Positions 47,667-56,539 of a stretch of 64,000 nucleotides of DNA are shown in pieces (the stretch's first letter is position 1; every line of letters starts with the position of its first letter). A program made the position numbers and the translations under genes. The notes under the pieces were generated by a model. It made no database searches, was not told where the DNA came from, and saw only the letters and a list, made by a program, of their open reading frames with translations. The stretch comes from a virus. Its lineage: Duplodnaviria > Caudoviricetes. Location of the stretch: the IMG/VR virus record IMGVR_UViG_3300005529_000010, positions 827 to 64,826 of that record; one strand, 5' to 3'.

Positions 47667-47924
47667 TCACCGGCGCCTCCACGGATAGTCCTTCGGGAAC
47701 AGCACCGGATCGAGATACAGCAGCGCCGTCGACAGCGCCGGGCCCACCGCGATCAGCAGCACGACCTCCCAAAACGGCCAATGAAACCAGAAATTCGCCG
47801 CCGCCGGCGCGAAGGCCAGATAAGCGAGCCACATCCGATACCGTCGCCGCCGACAATAGCGCTCAAACCGCCGCGCGCTCTCGGCCGCGAGTTCCCACAG
47901 CTCCACGTTGGACGTCTCAGCCAC
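47667..47924 (-). CDS. Two-TM membrane protein
   Basis: GGAGG RBS; two hydrophobic segments. Confidence 0.55.
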   Translation of the reverse strand: MAETSNVELWELAAESARRFERYCRRRRYRMWLAYLAFAPAAANFWFHWPFWEVVLLIAVGPALSTALLYLDPVLFPKDYPWRRR

Positions 47925-48213
47925 CGCGCGCCTCCCGGACCCGGGCAGCTCACCACCGCCCGGGTCTCACTCCCAAAACGCCGCCAGGTGCGAGCGCGCG
48001 GTCTCGACGATCAGGGACACGACAAAGTCGTGCGCCAGATCCCCAGCAGCCGCCGCCGCATGAACCAGCAGCACATGCACATCATGGATCGCGGCCGCCA
48101 CGATCGCCGTAACGGCCGCCCGCGCGCAGACCCGCGCGTAGCGAAACATCGTCATGGCAAACCGTCCGTGGCACGAAACCATCCCCGTCAGAAAAAGAAG
48201 TCGGATCGTTATT

Positions 48214-48228
48214 CGGACAAACTGTCCG
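48214..48228. promoter_or_regulatory. Operator copy 9 (CGGACAAACTGTCCG)
   Basis: Same TTATTCGGACAAACTGTCCG 20-mer as copy 1; fills the spacer of minus-strand TTGACG-17-TAACGA. Confidence 0.82.
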
Positions 48229-48259
48229 CGTCAACATGCTTTCCGGGAATGGCTGGTGT

Positions 48260-48685
48260 TCATGGCCGACGAGCCCGCTCCTCAGGCGCCTCATCCGCCG
48301 CCGCCTCCGCCAACGCGATCAGCGCCTTGAGCCCCGTCGCCCATCGCCGCACCGCAGCCCGCGCGCCCGGCCCCCGGAACGACAGCCGCGACAGCTCAAC
48401 CGTCAGCGCCAACGACGCCTGCCCAATCCGTTCCGCCAGCTCCTGCGGAAGCCGCCGCTTCTGGCTCGGCGTCAATCCCTTCGCCTTCCGCTTAAGCACA
48501 TAGCATTTCCGCGTCATGTCGTACGCCATCAGGTTCGGCGACGCCGCCATCACCTTCCCGATATCGATCGACGCCTGAGGCCGCGAAATCCCAAACCGGT
48601 CCATCACGTCCGCCCGCCGAAGCGTCCCATGCTCGCGAACATGCGCCGCGATCCACGCCAGCCGCTCAATCTCCCCGTGCCTCAA
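48260..48685 (-). CDS. Stand-alone CapW/WYL-regulator-type winged helix protein
   Basis: RLAWI......GTLRRADVMDRFGISRPQASIDI......P..MAYD...KCYV; TTGA-coupled start. Confidence 0.7.
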   Translation of the reverse strand: MRHGEIERLAWIAAHVREHGTLRRADVMDRFGISRPQASIDIGKVMAASPNLMAYDMTRKCYVLKRKAKGLTPSQKRRLPQELAERIGQASLALTVELSRLSFRGPGARAAVRRWATGLKALIALAEAAADEAPEERARRP

Positions 48686-48963
48686 AGCCGGCGCCGCCAA
48701 GCTCGGGCCGTCTCAGCCTCAAACCGCACCCATGGGTCCGGACCAAAATGCCGCCGCCTCATGAACACGACGCCAGGGTTCTCAAAAATAACATCCGTCC
48801 CCGCCACCTGACCGCGCGACCACCGATATCCGTACCGCGCCAAATCATTCACCGTCAGACGCCCCACGATCGCGGACAGCAGCTCAACCGCCGCCTTCCG
48901 GCTCGGCGCCGCCACCGCAATCTCAGGATGGCGCCCATGCATCAAAGTCGCGTGCACCTTCAT
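48682..48963 (-). CDS. Hypothetical protein
   Basis: AGGA RBS; first gene of the leftward block. Confidence 0.6.
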   Translation of the reverse strand: MKVHATLMHGRHPEIAVAAPSRKAAVELLSAIVGRLTVNDLARYGYRWSRGQVAGTDVIFENPGVVFMRRRHFGPDPWVRFEAETARAWRRRL

Positions 48964-49507
48964 CGACGTCCTTAATTCTAAACAGCCCCACCGCCTCGAT
49001 AATAAATCGGTTCGATTTTCCGCGTCGACCCGATTTTTTCCTACAGCTCACGCGCGGGCGGGCGCAGGTCCAGCACGATCGGCTCCGTGTTCTGGCTCGT
49101 CGTGTGCCAGCAGTGGCAGACCGGGCACCGGTAAACCCGCTGACCATACCGCCGCGCCCACCGGTTCGCCTTCCGCTCCGGGCCGTCGCCCTAGCCTCAC
49201 CAATTAAAGAAATGACGCCGATTAACCGCTCCGTCCAGATTTTTTCCTGGGGGGCGGAAGCGTTGGGCACACTTCGATTCGAACCGTCACGGTCCCGACG
49301 GGTGCGGAAAATGGCTCGGCTGGCCGGCCGGCGCCCGCTTTTCAACCCGTCCGCGCGGGTCTCGATGTGGTGAATCGTGTGGTGTGGGACCGGGCCCGCC
49401 TGTAATTCTAAGCACTTATGATCTGTTCAGCGGCGTTGCTGTATCGCCAGGACTATTCATTTCAGCCATCTTGCGGGCTTTTTGCGCCTGTGGAAAACCT
49501 CTCAGCC

Positions 49508-49963
49508 ATGACTGACACAGCGGCGAATTCTCAAATAGAAAAGCGGCGATTTATTCGCGTGCCCCGAAAATTTGCGCGTTCCATTGTTCCCCGGAGAACT
49601 CCGACCCGGGATAATTTAATCAATCGGGCTCTTTTCCTTTTGCTGCCATGGGAGTTTCGGGACTATCCGGGCATTTACCGGGGATCGGCCGAGTTGCTCG
49701 GGATGACGGCTGATTCGATCCGGCAATATCGCAAGGGTCGGCGAGAAATATCGGGCCCGATGGCTCGCAAGCTGTCAGCGGCGATTAAGGCGCGTTTTTC
49801 TCAGGCGGAGAAAATTATCGCCGAGCTTGATGCTTATGCTGACGGTTGGCGAGATGGGCGGGGGCGACCTGCTGGGTTTTGCGTGGTTCGGGATCGCGGC
49901 GGGCTTATGACCGACGGGAGACCGAAGCGAGCGCCATTGAGGGAGCGTCGAGGGAAGGGCTAA
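49508..49963 (+). CDS. Basic HTH protein
   Basis: SAELLGMTADSIRQYRKGRREIS HTH pattern. Confidence 0.6.
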   Translation: MTDTAANSQIEKRRFIRVPRKFARSIVPRRTPTRDNLINRALFLLLPWEFRDYPGIYRGSAELLGMTADSIRQYRKGRREISGPMARKLSAAIKARFSQAEKIIAELDAYADGWRDGRGRPAGFCVVRDRGGLMTDGRPKRAPLRERRGKG

Positions 49964-50170
49964 CGGGCCAAGCGGTTTCGCTTTCGCTGCACCGCAGGGT
50001 CTCGCTTTCGCTCGCATTTGGGCATAGGTCCCCAAAACCCCAGGAAATGAAGAGAAAAACGGGTGGCGCGGCTTCGATGCTACGTCGGTGACGGTGCCAC
50101 CCGTTGGGTCCGGCTTCCGATCTGCTGAGATCGGCGAGGCGCCTCGCGGAGAAATGAATCTCTGGCGGGT

Positions 50171-50521
50171 CTAGCGCGCTCTGTCAGGGCCGGTATGTCG
50201 TGCCATCGAGCGATTGTAGCGGTCTGCGGCCGCCGCTTTTTTGTGCGTTCTTGTTTTATCGACTCGACAATGAGTGAAAGCCTTTTCAATCGATCCAAAG
50301 CCGGCTGCTCGGCGCGGCGGGCAGATTGTGATGTGCGGCGCCTGTCCGCTGATCCGGATCGGCTCCGGGTCGGCTTGGGGCGAGGCGAATTCGTGATACC
50401 GCTCGATATGAAGCCGAACGCGTTTGCGGCCGGCTTTGCCTCGGCAATCTTCGCCAGCGCCCGCCCGGCAATTCGGACAGGCTATGGAGTTGCGCACAAG
50501 GTCTCTGTTCGAGTGCGGCAT
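50171..50521 (-). CDS. Zinc-finger protein
   Basis: CPNCRAGAGEDC..H.ER; 3' part of ORF 50171..51460. Confidence 0.5.
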   Translation of the reverse strand: MPHSNRDLVRNSIACPNCRAGAGEDCRGKAGRKRVRLHIERYHEFASPQADPEPIRISGQAPHITICPPRRAAGFGSIEKAFTHCRVDKTRTHKKAAAADRYNRSMARHTGPDRAR

Positions 50522-50553
50522 GAGGGCGCCGATTTGGCGCCTGAAAAAAATGT

Positions 50554-50582
50554 TTGTCATCGGACAAGTTGTCCGGTATGGT
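50554..50582 (+). promoter_or_regulatory. Promoter with operator copy 10 (CGGACAAGTTGTCCG, 50561-50575) in its spacer
   Basis: TTGTCA-17-TATGGT upstream of the DUF932 gene. Confidence 0.82.
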
Positions 50583-50653
50583 CGGGCTTGGGTTTGGTCA
50601 TGTGACCGACCCGACAGCGGCATTTTCGCCGCGCTTACACGGAGGGTATTCCG

Positions 50654-51631
50654 ATGGCTCATCAAATCGATTTCTCGAACAATCGCGCTAACATTGCCTT
50701 TGTCGGCGAGACGCCATGGCACGGGCTCGGCGAGTGCTTGCCGGAAGGCGAGCCGATTGAGGTTTGGAAGGTCGCGGCGGGCATGAATTGGGAGATCCAG
50801 CGGGCGCCGGTTCAGTATCGAATCGATACGCCTGCCGGTAAGGCTTACGTGAAAATGCCAGAGCGGGATGTGCTCTATCGTTCCGACACGATGGCGGGCT
50901 TGGGCGTGGTTTCGGACAGCTACCAAATCGTTCAGCCTGGCGAGGTTCTCGAATTCTTCCGCGACCTGGTCACGGCATACGATTATCAATTGGAGGTCGC
51001 GGGCTGTCTGTTCGGGGGCAAGCGCTTTTGGGCGCTGGCGCGGACTCCCGACTCCGATTTCGTCGCTGATCGGCGCGACACGATGCGCAAGTATCTGCTG
51101 CTGTGCACTTCGGCCGATGGATCGCTCGCCACGGTCGGCGAGGACACATCCGTCCGCGTGGTCTGCAACAACACGCTGTCGCTTTCCTTGGGCGAGAAAA
51201 ACGACTCCCGCATCAAGATCTCGCACCGGTCGGCGTTCAATGCCGATGAAGTAAAGCGGCGCCTCGGGATCTCGCGCGAGACGTTCGCCGAGTTCATGGA
51301 CACCATGCGGACTCTTGCCGCGACTCCCGTCTCTCGCATCGTGGCAGCCAAGGCGACGGTTGAGCTGTTCCCGACGACGCGCAAGGACGTCGACCCGGTC
51401 TCGACGTTCCCGGTTCAGAGCGTGCTTTCGCTGTTCAACGGGAAGGCGCGCGGCTCGCAATTCTCAGGCGTGCAAGGCACCGCGTACGGCTGGCTTCAAG
51501 CCGTGACCGAATTCGTCGACCACCAGGCGCGCGCGCACAACAACGACAACCGGCTCAATAACGCGTGGTTCGGTCGCGGAAGCGATTTGAAGCGCGACGC
51601 GGTGCGCGTGATCACAGAGCTTGCGGCTTAG
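50654..51631 (+). CDS. DUF932-family phage/plasmid protein
   Basis: MAH..PWHGLG..LGVVS..Y..VQP..AG.L.GGKRFWALA..VRVVCNNTL..AVTEFVDH; GGAGG RBS. Confidence 0.9.
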   Translation: MAHQIDFSNNRANIAFVGETPWHGLGECLPEGEPIEVWKVAAGMNWEIQRAPVQYRIDTPAGKAYVKMPERDVLYRSDTMAGLGVVSDSYQIVQPGEVLEFFRDLVTAYDYQLEVAGCLFGGKRFWALARTPDSDFVADRRDTMRKYLLLCTSADGSLATVGEDTSVRVVCNNTLSLSLGEKNDSRIKISHRSAFNADEVKRRLGISRETFAEFMDTMRTLAATPVSRIVAAKATVELFPTTRKDVDPVSTFPVQSVLSLFNGKARGSQFSGVQGTAYGWLQAVTEFVDHQARAHNNDNRLNNAWFGRGSDLKRDAVRVITELAA

Positions 51632-51788
51632 GCTGTCGGTTCGGTGGAGCGGGCGCCGCGAGCGCCCGCTCTGGGGCCAATCCTGACGGCCTTACTGGAG
51701 GGCCCTGACTCGCGTTCGGGCCCTCTGGCAAGCCCGGCTGTGGCTTGGAGCGGCAATCCCGCCGCGATGCACGGAGAGGAGTCCGATC

Positions 51789-52322
51789 ATGTCCGCTTTT
51801 GTTGTCGGTCACGCGCACATCGATGCGCTGCTTACCTGGTCAATCGACAACCAGGTTAATTACTACGTGTCACCATTCCACGCGGGAAACCCGGGCGGGC
51901 TCCGCGTCACGATCACTGACGCGAATGCGAGCGAGGTAGGCCGGATATTGCTCGACGAGAACGAGCGTTCGGTGCGTTACCGCTACCCCGAGTGCAAGGA
52001 CGATGACTTACCGGGAACGATCGGCGAGTCGTCGAGCAATTATGAGTTCCGGCGCTGGAATTCGCCGCTTGCCGCTCTGTCGATTTTGAAGGCGTGCGAT
52101 TGCCTTGATTACCAGTGCTGTGAAACCGACACATGGGAGCAATCGCTTGCGTGGGCAGTGCTGCACGATATCCGTACGTTCGCGGTGCGTCGCCTGCCAG
52201 GCTATGACAACGCGCCCGGCTGGGAATTCGACCGGGAGAAACACGACAACCCGCACATAGTTCGGTTGTCCGGCCGCCATGCGCGCGGGTTTGCGCGCGG
52301 TCCGCGACACGCCAGAGGGTAA
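51789..52322 (+). CDS. Phage/plasmid hypothetical protein
   Basis: MSAFVV...HID.L, EN.RSV.YRY, LDYQCCE motifs; GAGGAG RBS. Confidence 0.75.
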   Translation: MSAFVVGHAHIDALLTWSIDNQVNYYVSPFHAGNPGGLRVTITDANASEVGRILLDENERSVRYRYPECKDDDLPGTIGESSSNYEFRRWNSPLAALSILKACDCLDYQCCETDTWEQSLAWAVLHDIRTFAVRRLPGYDNAPGWEFDREKHDNPHIVRLSGRHARGFARGPRHARG

Positions 52323-52574
52323 GTGATCATGGGCGCGCATCATTGGGGAAACCTCGATCCCATTGTGCATTGGGCGTTCCCGGCCGTCGTGGCGGTTGGA
52401 ATCCTGGCGCTGGCCTGCGCTGCAATTTGGACGGAGGTTCGGCGCCAACGGTAAAGGCGAAACCGGACGCGCGTGCCCGCGCGCGTCCGGTCACGCGCGG
52501 GCAGTGCCGCGCGTCTGACGAGCCAGCTTGCCTAACCCAGCGGCCCGCGCGCCGCGCCACAAGGAGTCCGTCCT

Positions 52575-53099
52575 ATGTCTCTAATCGAAATGCCACGGTT
52601 TGCCCGAACCGATTTCCCGGCCGGAGATTTGATGGCCCGCATTCGCGAGCTGGAAGCCGAGCTTGCGGCCGAAAGGGCAAAGAATGCCGAGCTGGCCACC
52701 CATACGCGCGTCGCGCGCGTCGCAACGCGGGCCCGCAAGGGGGCGCCGGATTGGCGCACGGCTGCCGAGTGCTGGCTTGCCGGCGAGCCCGTCGTGCGGC
52801 CGTCCCGCGCGGCCTACAAGCGATCCAAGGCGCCGCAAACGGTCCGCGTCGATTTTGCGGACGGAGAAAGCGTCCGGCTGTCGACCACGCTCGACGGGCC
52901 CGAGGGCATCGCCGAGTGCGTCCGCACCGCGCGCGCGTCGCGGCAAGGGCGCCCCCGAATGGTCGACAGATTGCGCGCCCGCGCGGCGAAAAATGAAACG
53001 AGCGGCGAATGGGTCCGCGACGCGGTCGGCCGCTGGAGATGCGTCGAGGTATGGCCGTGCCCGGCCGTTCTGTCGGCCGAATTTGTGGAGTGCGAATGA
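52575..53099 (+). CDS. Hypothetical protein
   Basis: AAGGAG RBS. Confidence 0.65.
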   Translation: MSLIEMPRFARTDFPAGDLMARIRELEAELAAERAKNAELATHTRVARVATRARKGAPDWRTAAECWLAGEPVVRPSRAAYKRSKAPQTVRVDFADGESVRLSTTLDGPEGIAECVRTARASRQGRPRMVDRLRARAAKNETSGEWVRDAVGRWRCVEVWPCPAVLSAEFVECE

Positions 53100-53506
53100 T
53101 GTTCAAATCATCCGTTCAGCCGCTTTGCCGTTGCTGCGGCAAGCCGATCAAAAAATGGACGCGCCCTATATGGGTCCGACCCGAGCCGCGCGACACGCCT
53201 ATGTCCGATCGAACCGTTGTTGGCCTGCTCCGGTCCAAAGAAGATTGCCAGCGGCTGACGAACGAAAAAGTGACAGCAGTCCGATACACCGATTATCCGG
53301 AGCATCTCGGGCGACACGCGGTCAGTTTCAACACTTGGGACGGCGAGAGCTACGAAAGCGAGTTTTTCTGTTCCGGCACCTGTGCGCAAAACTTCGGGTT
53401 GCTAGCGGCGAAGCTGAACCGGCTTACGACGCGCGCATACTCCGAGGCGATCGAAGAACGGAAGGATCGCGAGTGGCTTCGCAATCAACGGAGGGACAAG
53501 CCATGA
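53096..53506 (+). CDS. Zinc-binding hypothetical protein
   Basis: CRCCGK..FCSGTCA; ATGA-coupled. Confidence 0.65.
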   Translation: MMFKSSVQPLCRCCGKPIKKWTRPIWVRPEPRDTPMSDRTVVGLLRSKEDCQRLTNEKVTAVRYTDYPEHLGRHAVSFNTWDGESYESEFFCSGTCAQNFGLLAAKLNRLTTRAYSEAIEERKDREWLRNQRRDKP

Positions 53507-53712
53507 TCGCGCGGGCGCCGGATCTCTTCCCCGAGTCCCCGCGTCGGCCGCGTCGCGTCATGATGCACGTCGTCGATGCTGGCGAGGGCGGATGGTGCAA
53601 GGTGATCCACTTCAAATGTTCCACCTGCGGGTACGATGAGGGGTGGACCGAAGATCACCGGACGATCGGCGAGAACAAGCGCGGCCGTCCATGCCCGAGA
53701 TGCAACACATGA
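53503..53712 (+). CDS. Small zinc-ribbon protein
   Basis: MHVVDAG..CSTCG..GRPCPRCN. Confidence 0.7.
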   Translation: MIARAPDLFPESPRRPRRVMMHVVDAGEGGWCKVIHFKCSTCGYDEGWTEDHRTIGENKRGRPCPRCNT

Positions 53713-53942
53713 TCGCGCAATACAAGCTGGAGCATGCCGGGGGCGGGCGTTGGGTTCTCCTGACGCCCAACCTGGAGCACCTCGCCGGCGATCCCGCGCG
53801 CTGCGGCAAATGGGTTCGCATTTGGGAGGGCGTGGACGTCGATCAGGCGTTGAGCCGGGTCAAGGTGCTCCTGATGACCGAGATCGCGTCAGGCGGCGAA
53901 AAATTCATTGTCACCGTGGATTCTGGCGGCGATTCTTCCTGA
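53709..53942 (+). CDS. Hypothetical protein
   Basis: ATGA-coupled. Confidence 0.55.
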   Translation: MIAQYKLEHAGGGRWVLLTPNLEHLAGDPARCGKWVRIWEGVDVDQALSRVKVLLMTEIASGGEKFIVTVDSGGDSS

Positions 53943-53943
53943 C

Positions 53944-54216
53944 ATGTCCGAGTCGATGCCCCCCGAGACCTTTCGCGAGATTGTCCGCCTGCTATGGGGC
54001 GAGCGCTGGACCGAGCCCGCCTCGGAAGCGCTGGGCGGGGTCGGACCGCGCACCCTGCAACGATACGCGGCCGGCAAGATGCCGATTCCCGATTGGATGC
54101 CCGAGCGCCTCGCGGACGCAGTGGCAACCCGCGCTGAGGATCTGCAGCGGGTATACGATTTGCTAGGGGTGGAGAGCCCGATCGATAAGCAATTCTGGGA
54201 CAGCCCGAACATTTAG
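53944..54216 (+). CDS. Small HTH protein
   Basis: LWGERW....SEALG.V..RTLQRYAAG..PIP. Confidence 0.7.
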   Translation: MSESMPPETFREIVRLLWGERWTEPASEALGGVGPRTLQRYAAGKMPIPDWMPERLADAVATRAEDLQRVYDLLGVESPIDKQFWDSPNI

Positions 54217-54863
54217 AAGAACTCCGGCGCATGACTCGCGCGCGCGGGCGCGTCGCGCGGGCTCACGTCCTCGTCCGTGCAAGCATCGATGCGGTCGAGA
54301 GAAAGCGCGCTCAAATCGACCGAAACGCCAACCTTTCTGCCGGCTTCCATCACGAGATTTCGAGCCACAAAAACCGCCTCGACCGAATAGACCGGGTAAT
54401 ACTGATCGCCGAACTTCTCCCACGTCCCCGCGCCCGCGCGCGCGACCATCGCGTTGCGCATGATCAACCACGGGTCGGCCGCCGCGATGCGAGACAGCGC
54501 GTTGGCGAGCGCCACCAGCGGGTCCTCGGTGCTGTCCCATCGACAGAGCCGCCGCAGCTCGGGCAGCCGCGAATCCCACTTCCACGCGGCCGGCATCGCG
54601 GTCCAGTTCGGACCGCCGGTGATCTCTTCCGGCATGTGGCGCCGGATCACCGCCGGGGTCGGCCAGAACGGCCCTTCATACCCGCCGACAACGCGATCCA
54701 TCGCCGCCTTGAGGCGCGCGGCCGGCGATTCGCGAAACGCTTCAAAATACGCTTCGCATGCCTTCGCGTACGATTTCGGTTCCTTCGCCGGGTTCTTGCG
54801 TGATGACCAAAGGCTCTCCATCCGGTCGATCACGATTTCCTGCACTTCGGTCCGGGTTGCCAT
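54213..54863 (-). CDS. Replication accessory protein (loader-like position)
   Basis: Follows initiator; FWPTPA.I motif. Confidence 0.55.
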   Translation of the reverse strand: MATRTEVQEIVIDRMESLWSSRKNPAKEPKSYAKACEAYFEAFRESPAARLKAAMDRVVGGYEGPFWPTPAVIRRHMPEEITGGPNWTAMPAAWKWDSRLPELRRLCRWDSTEDPLVALANALSRIAAADPWLIMRNAMVARAGAGTWEKFGDQYYPVYSVEAVFVARNLVMEAGRKVGVSVDLSALSLDRIDACTDEDVSPRDAPARASHAPEFF

Positions 54864-55656
54864 TTTCTAGCCCCAAAAACGACGGTTGCTTGCGTTCGGC
54901 CTCTTGGCGATCGGCTTCGGCTGCTGCTGCGCGGACCGCCTCGCGTGTCAGCTCGCCGCGATCCACCGGCGAGGCTCGGGCATACGCACCCTCGCGCAGC
55001 TTGTGGAACGGCTCCGCTCGGATCACGAAATCGAAATCCGCTTTCCAGCCGCGATCGTTGTCGCCCAGCAGGAACGCGCTCTCCGGCACCCGCTCGATCG
55101 CCTGCAAAAAACCCTCGATCCCCACCTCGGCGAGCCTGGCGCGAAGGTGCGTCTTGCGCCCCTCGGTTAGCCGCTGAACGCTCGCCAGCCCGTGCGATTT
55201 AGCGAGCTTATTCCACCCATCTACGGCCTGCTTTTCGACGGAAATAACGCTTAAAGGGGTGGACCCTTTAGGGTCCGGGGTTTCATGGGTTTTAGATCTC
55301 GGTGTAACCTCAGACTCAGAACCAGAAGAGTTATCTACTACACGCACGCGTGAGGGCTTATTTTTGGCTCTGGATAAGGGTTTTCCGACCTTAATAAGCA
55401 GGCGGTCAGCTAACTTTAAGGGCTTAAATAAGCCGTCCTGCCGGCCAAATAAGCCTAATTCATCGAGCCGATTAAGCGCTATTTCGGCCTCATTTAAGGG
55501 CAATCTAAGCAAATAAGCGGCGTCATCTAAGCTCGGAATAAGGCCGCCGTACCGGTTAGAAATAGCGTTGAGATTGATCCAGATTTTGAACAGCTCGGCG
55601 GGCAGTCTTTGCACCTGTGGATCGTCGAGGATATCGCGACGCGTCACCCGGAACAT
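54742..55656 (-). CDS. Replication initiator (lambda O-like position)
   Basis: N-terminal DDPQVQRLP..wHTH; C-terminal WN..LT..RK..L.AR..FLLG.NDRGWKADFDF. Confidence 0.75.
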   Translation of the reverse strand: MFRVTRRDILDDPQVQRLPAELFKIWINLNAISNRYGGLIPSLDDAAYLLRLPLNEAEIALNRLDELGLFGRQDGLFKPLKLADRLLIKVGKPLSRAKNKPSRVRVVDNSSGSESEVTPRSKTHETPDPKGSTPLSVISVEKQAVDGWNKLAKSHGLASVQRLTEGRKTHLRARLAEVGIEGFLQAIERVPESAFLLGDNDRGWKADFDFVIRAEPFHKLREGAYARASPVDRGELTREAVRAAAAEADRQEAERKQPSFLGLENGNPDRSAGNRDRPDGEPLVITQEPGEGTEIVREGMRSVF

Positions 55657-55799
55657 GGCTCGACCCCCACGCCGGCCGGCGAGATGACCGTCTCGCAGCT
55701 TTGGCAGACCCAGCCGACCTTATCCTTCCACACGATCTTTTGATGGCGGGCGCCGCAATGCCGGCAGCGATCGAGCGTCGGACCGACCTTGCGGCTCAT
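55644..55799 (-). CDS. Small zinc-finger protein
   Basis: CRHCG..CQSC; ATGA-coupled. Confidence 0.5.
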   Translation of the reverse strand: MSRKVGPTLDRCRHCGARHQKIVWKDKVGWVCQSCETVISPAGVGVEPCSG

Positions 55800-56005
55800 G
55801 GCGTGCGGTCCAACAACGGGGCCGGCGCGACGATCGCGAACCCCAGCTCCTCGGCGATCGTCCGACGGATCGAATGGACCCCGGAACCGTGTCCGGGCGG
55901 GATGGCGCATTCCTGGCCCTGAGGGGCGTTGCAAGCCGGGCATGGCACCGCCAAGCCGACCTCCTCCCAATCGCTACCCCGGCCGGCCCTCCAAACGACG
56001 GTCAC
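55796..56005 (-). CDS. Small zinc-finger protein
   Basis: CPACNA..GQEC..H..R; GTGA-coupled. Confidence 0.55.
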   Translation of the reverse strand: MTVVWRAGRGSDWEEVGLAVPCPACNAPQGQECAIPPGHGSGVHSIRRTIAEELGFAIVAPAPLLDRTP

Positions 56006-56526
56006 AGCAGCCGCGCGGGATTGCCGATCGCCGTCCGCCGGGGCTCGCTGTTCGGGTAATAGGCATTGACCGCCCAGGCGAGCACGGCAGCGGCGTCCGC
56101 CGCGTTGTCGTCTGGCGGTTCCCAGCCCCGCCGCTCGCACTCCTGAATCACCCGGCCCTTGGCTCGTTTGTTTGACGAGCCATCGCCGATGAAGAATTTG
56201 CGGACGGTCGACACCGGCACCGACGCGACCGGAATGTGCAGCTCGGCCGACACAATCTCGGTCACGTAGGCGAAGCCCATGGCGATCGACGCCACGGCGG
56301 TTGAGCTTTGAAATTTGGGCGGCAACGGCCGCTCGTAGATCACACGCTCCGGGCCCCATGCGATCATTATCCCTCTTAGCCAGCGCATAAATTCGAGCCC
56401 TTGCGGGCCCGTCCGCGCCGTGTTGAAGCGCGGAAAATGCTTGGTCCCCAACAGAGGCGGCACCCCGGGAATCTCGATCGCGTATCCCACCCTAGAAGCG
56501 AGATCGAGAGCGAGAATCCCGGCCAT
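56002..56526 (-). CDS. RuvC-like Holliday junction resolvase
   Basis: ILALDL...GYA, VIYERP, VRKFFIG.G...K, DDNAADA. Confidence 0.85.
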   Translation of the reverse strand: MAGILALDLASRVGYAIEIPGVPPLLGTKHFPRFNTARTGPQGLEFMRWLRGIMIAWGPERVIYERPLPPKFQSSTAVASIAMGFAYVTEIVSAELHIPVASVPVSTVRKFFIGDGSSNKRAKGRVIQECERRGWEPPDDNAADAAAVLAWAVNAYYPNSEPRRTAIGNPARLL

Positions 56527-56539
56527 CGCCTTGGTTTTC

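Noticed and set aside
49260-49320. TTCGATTCGAACC resembling a tRNA T-loop
   Set aside because: No acceptor stem or cloverleaf could be built by eye; no tRNA called in the window
54742-54863. Frameshift or pseudogene at the initiator/loader overlap
   Set aside because: Both frames are open and a 122-nt overlap is tolerable; no evidence of disruption
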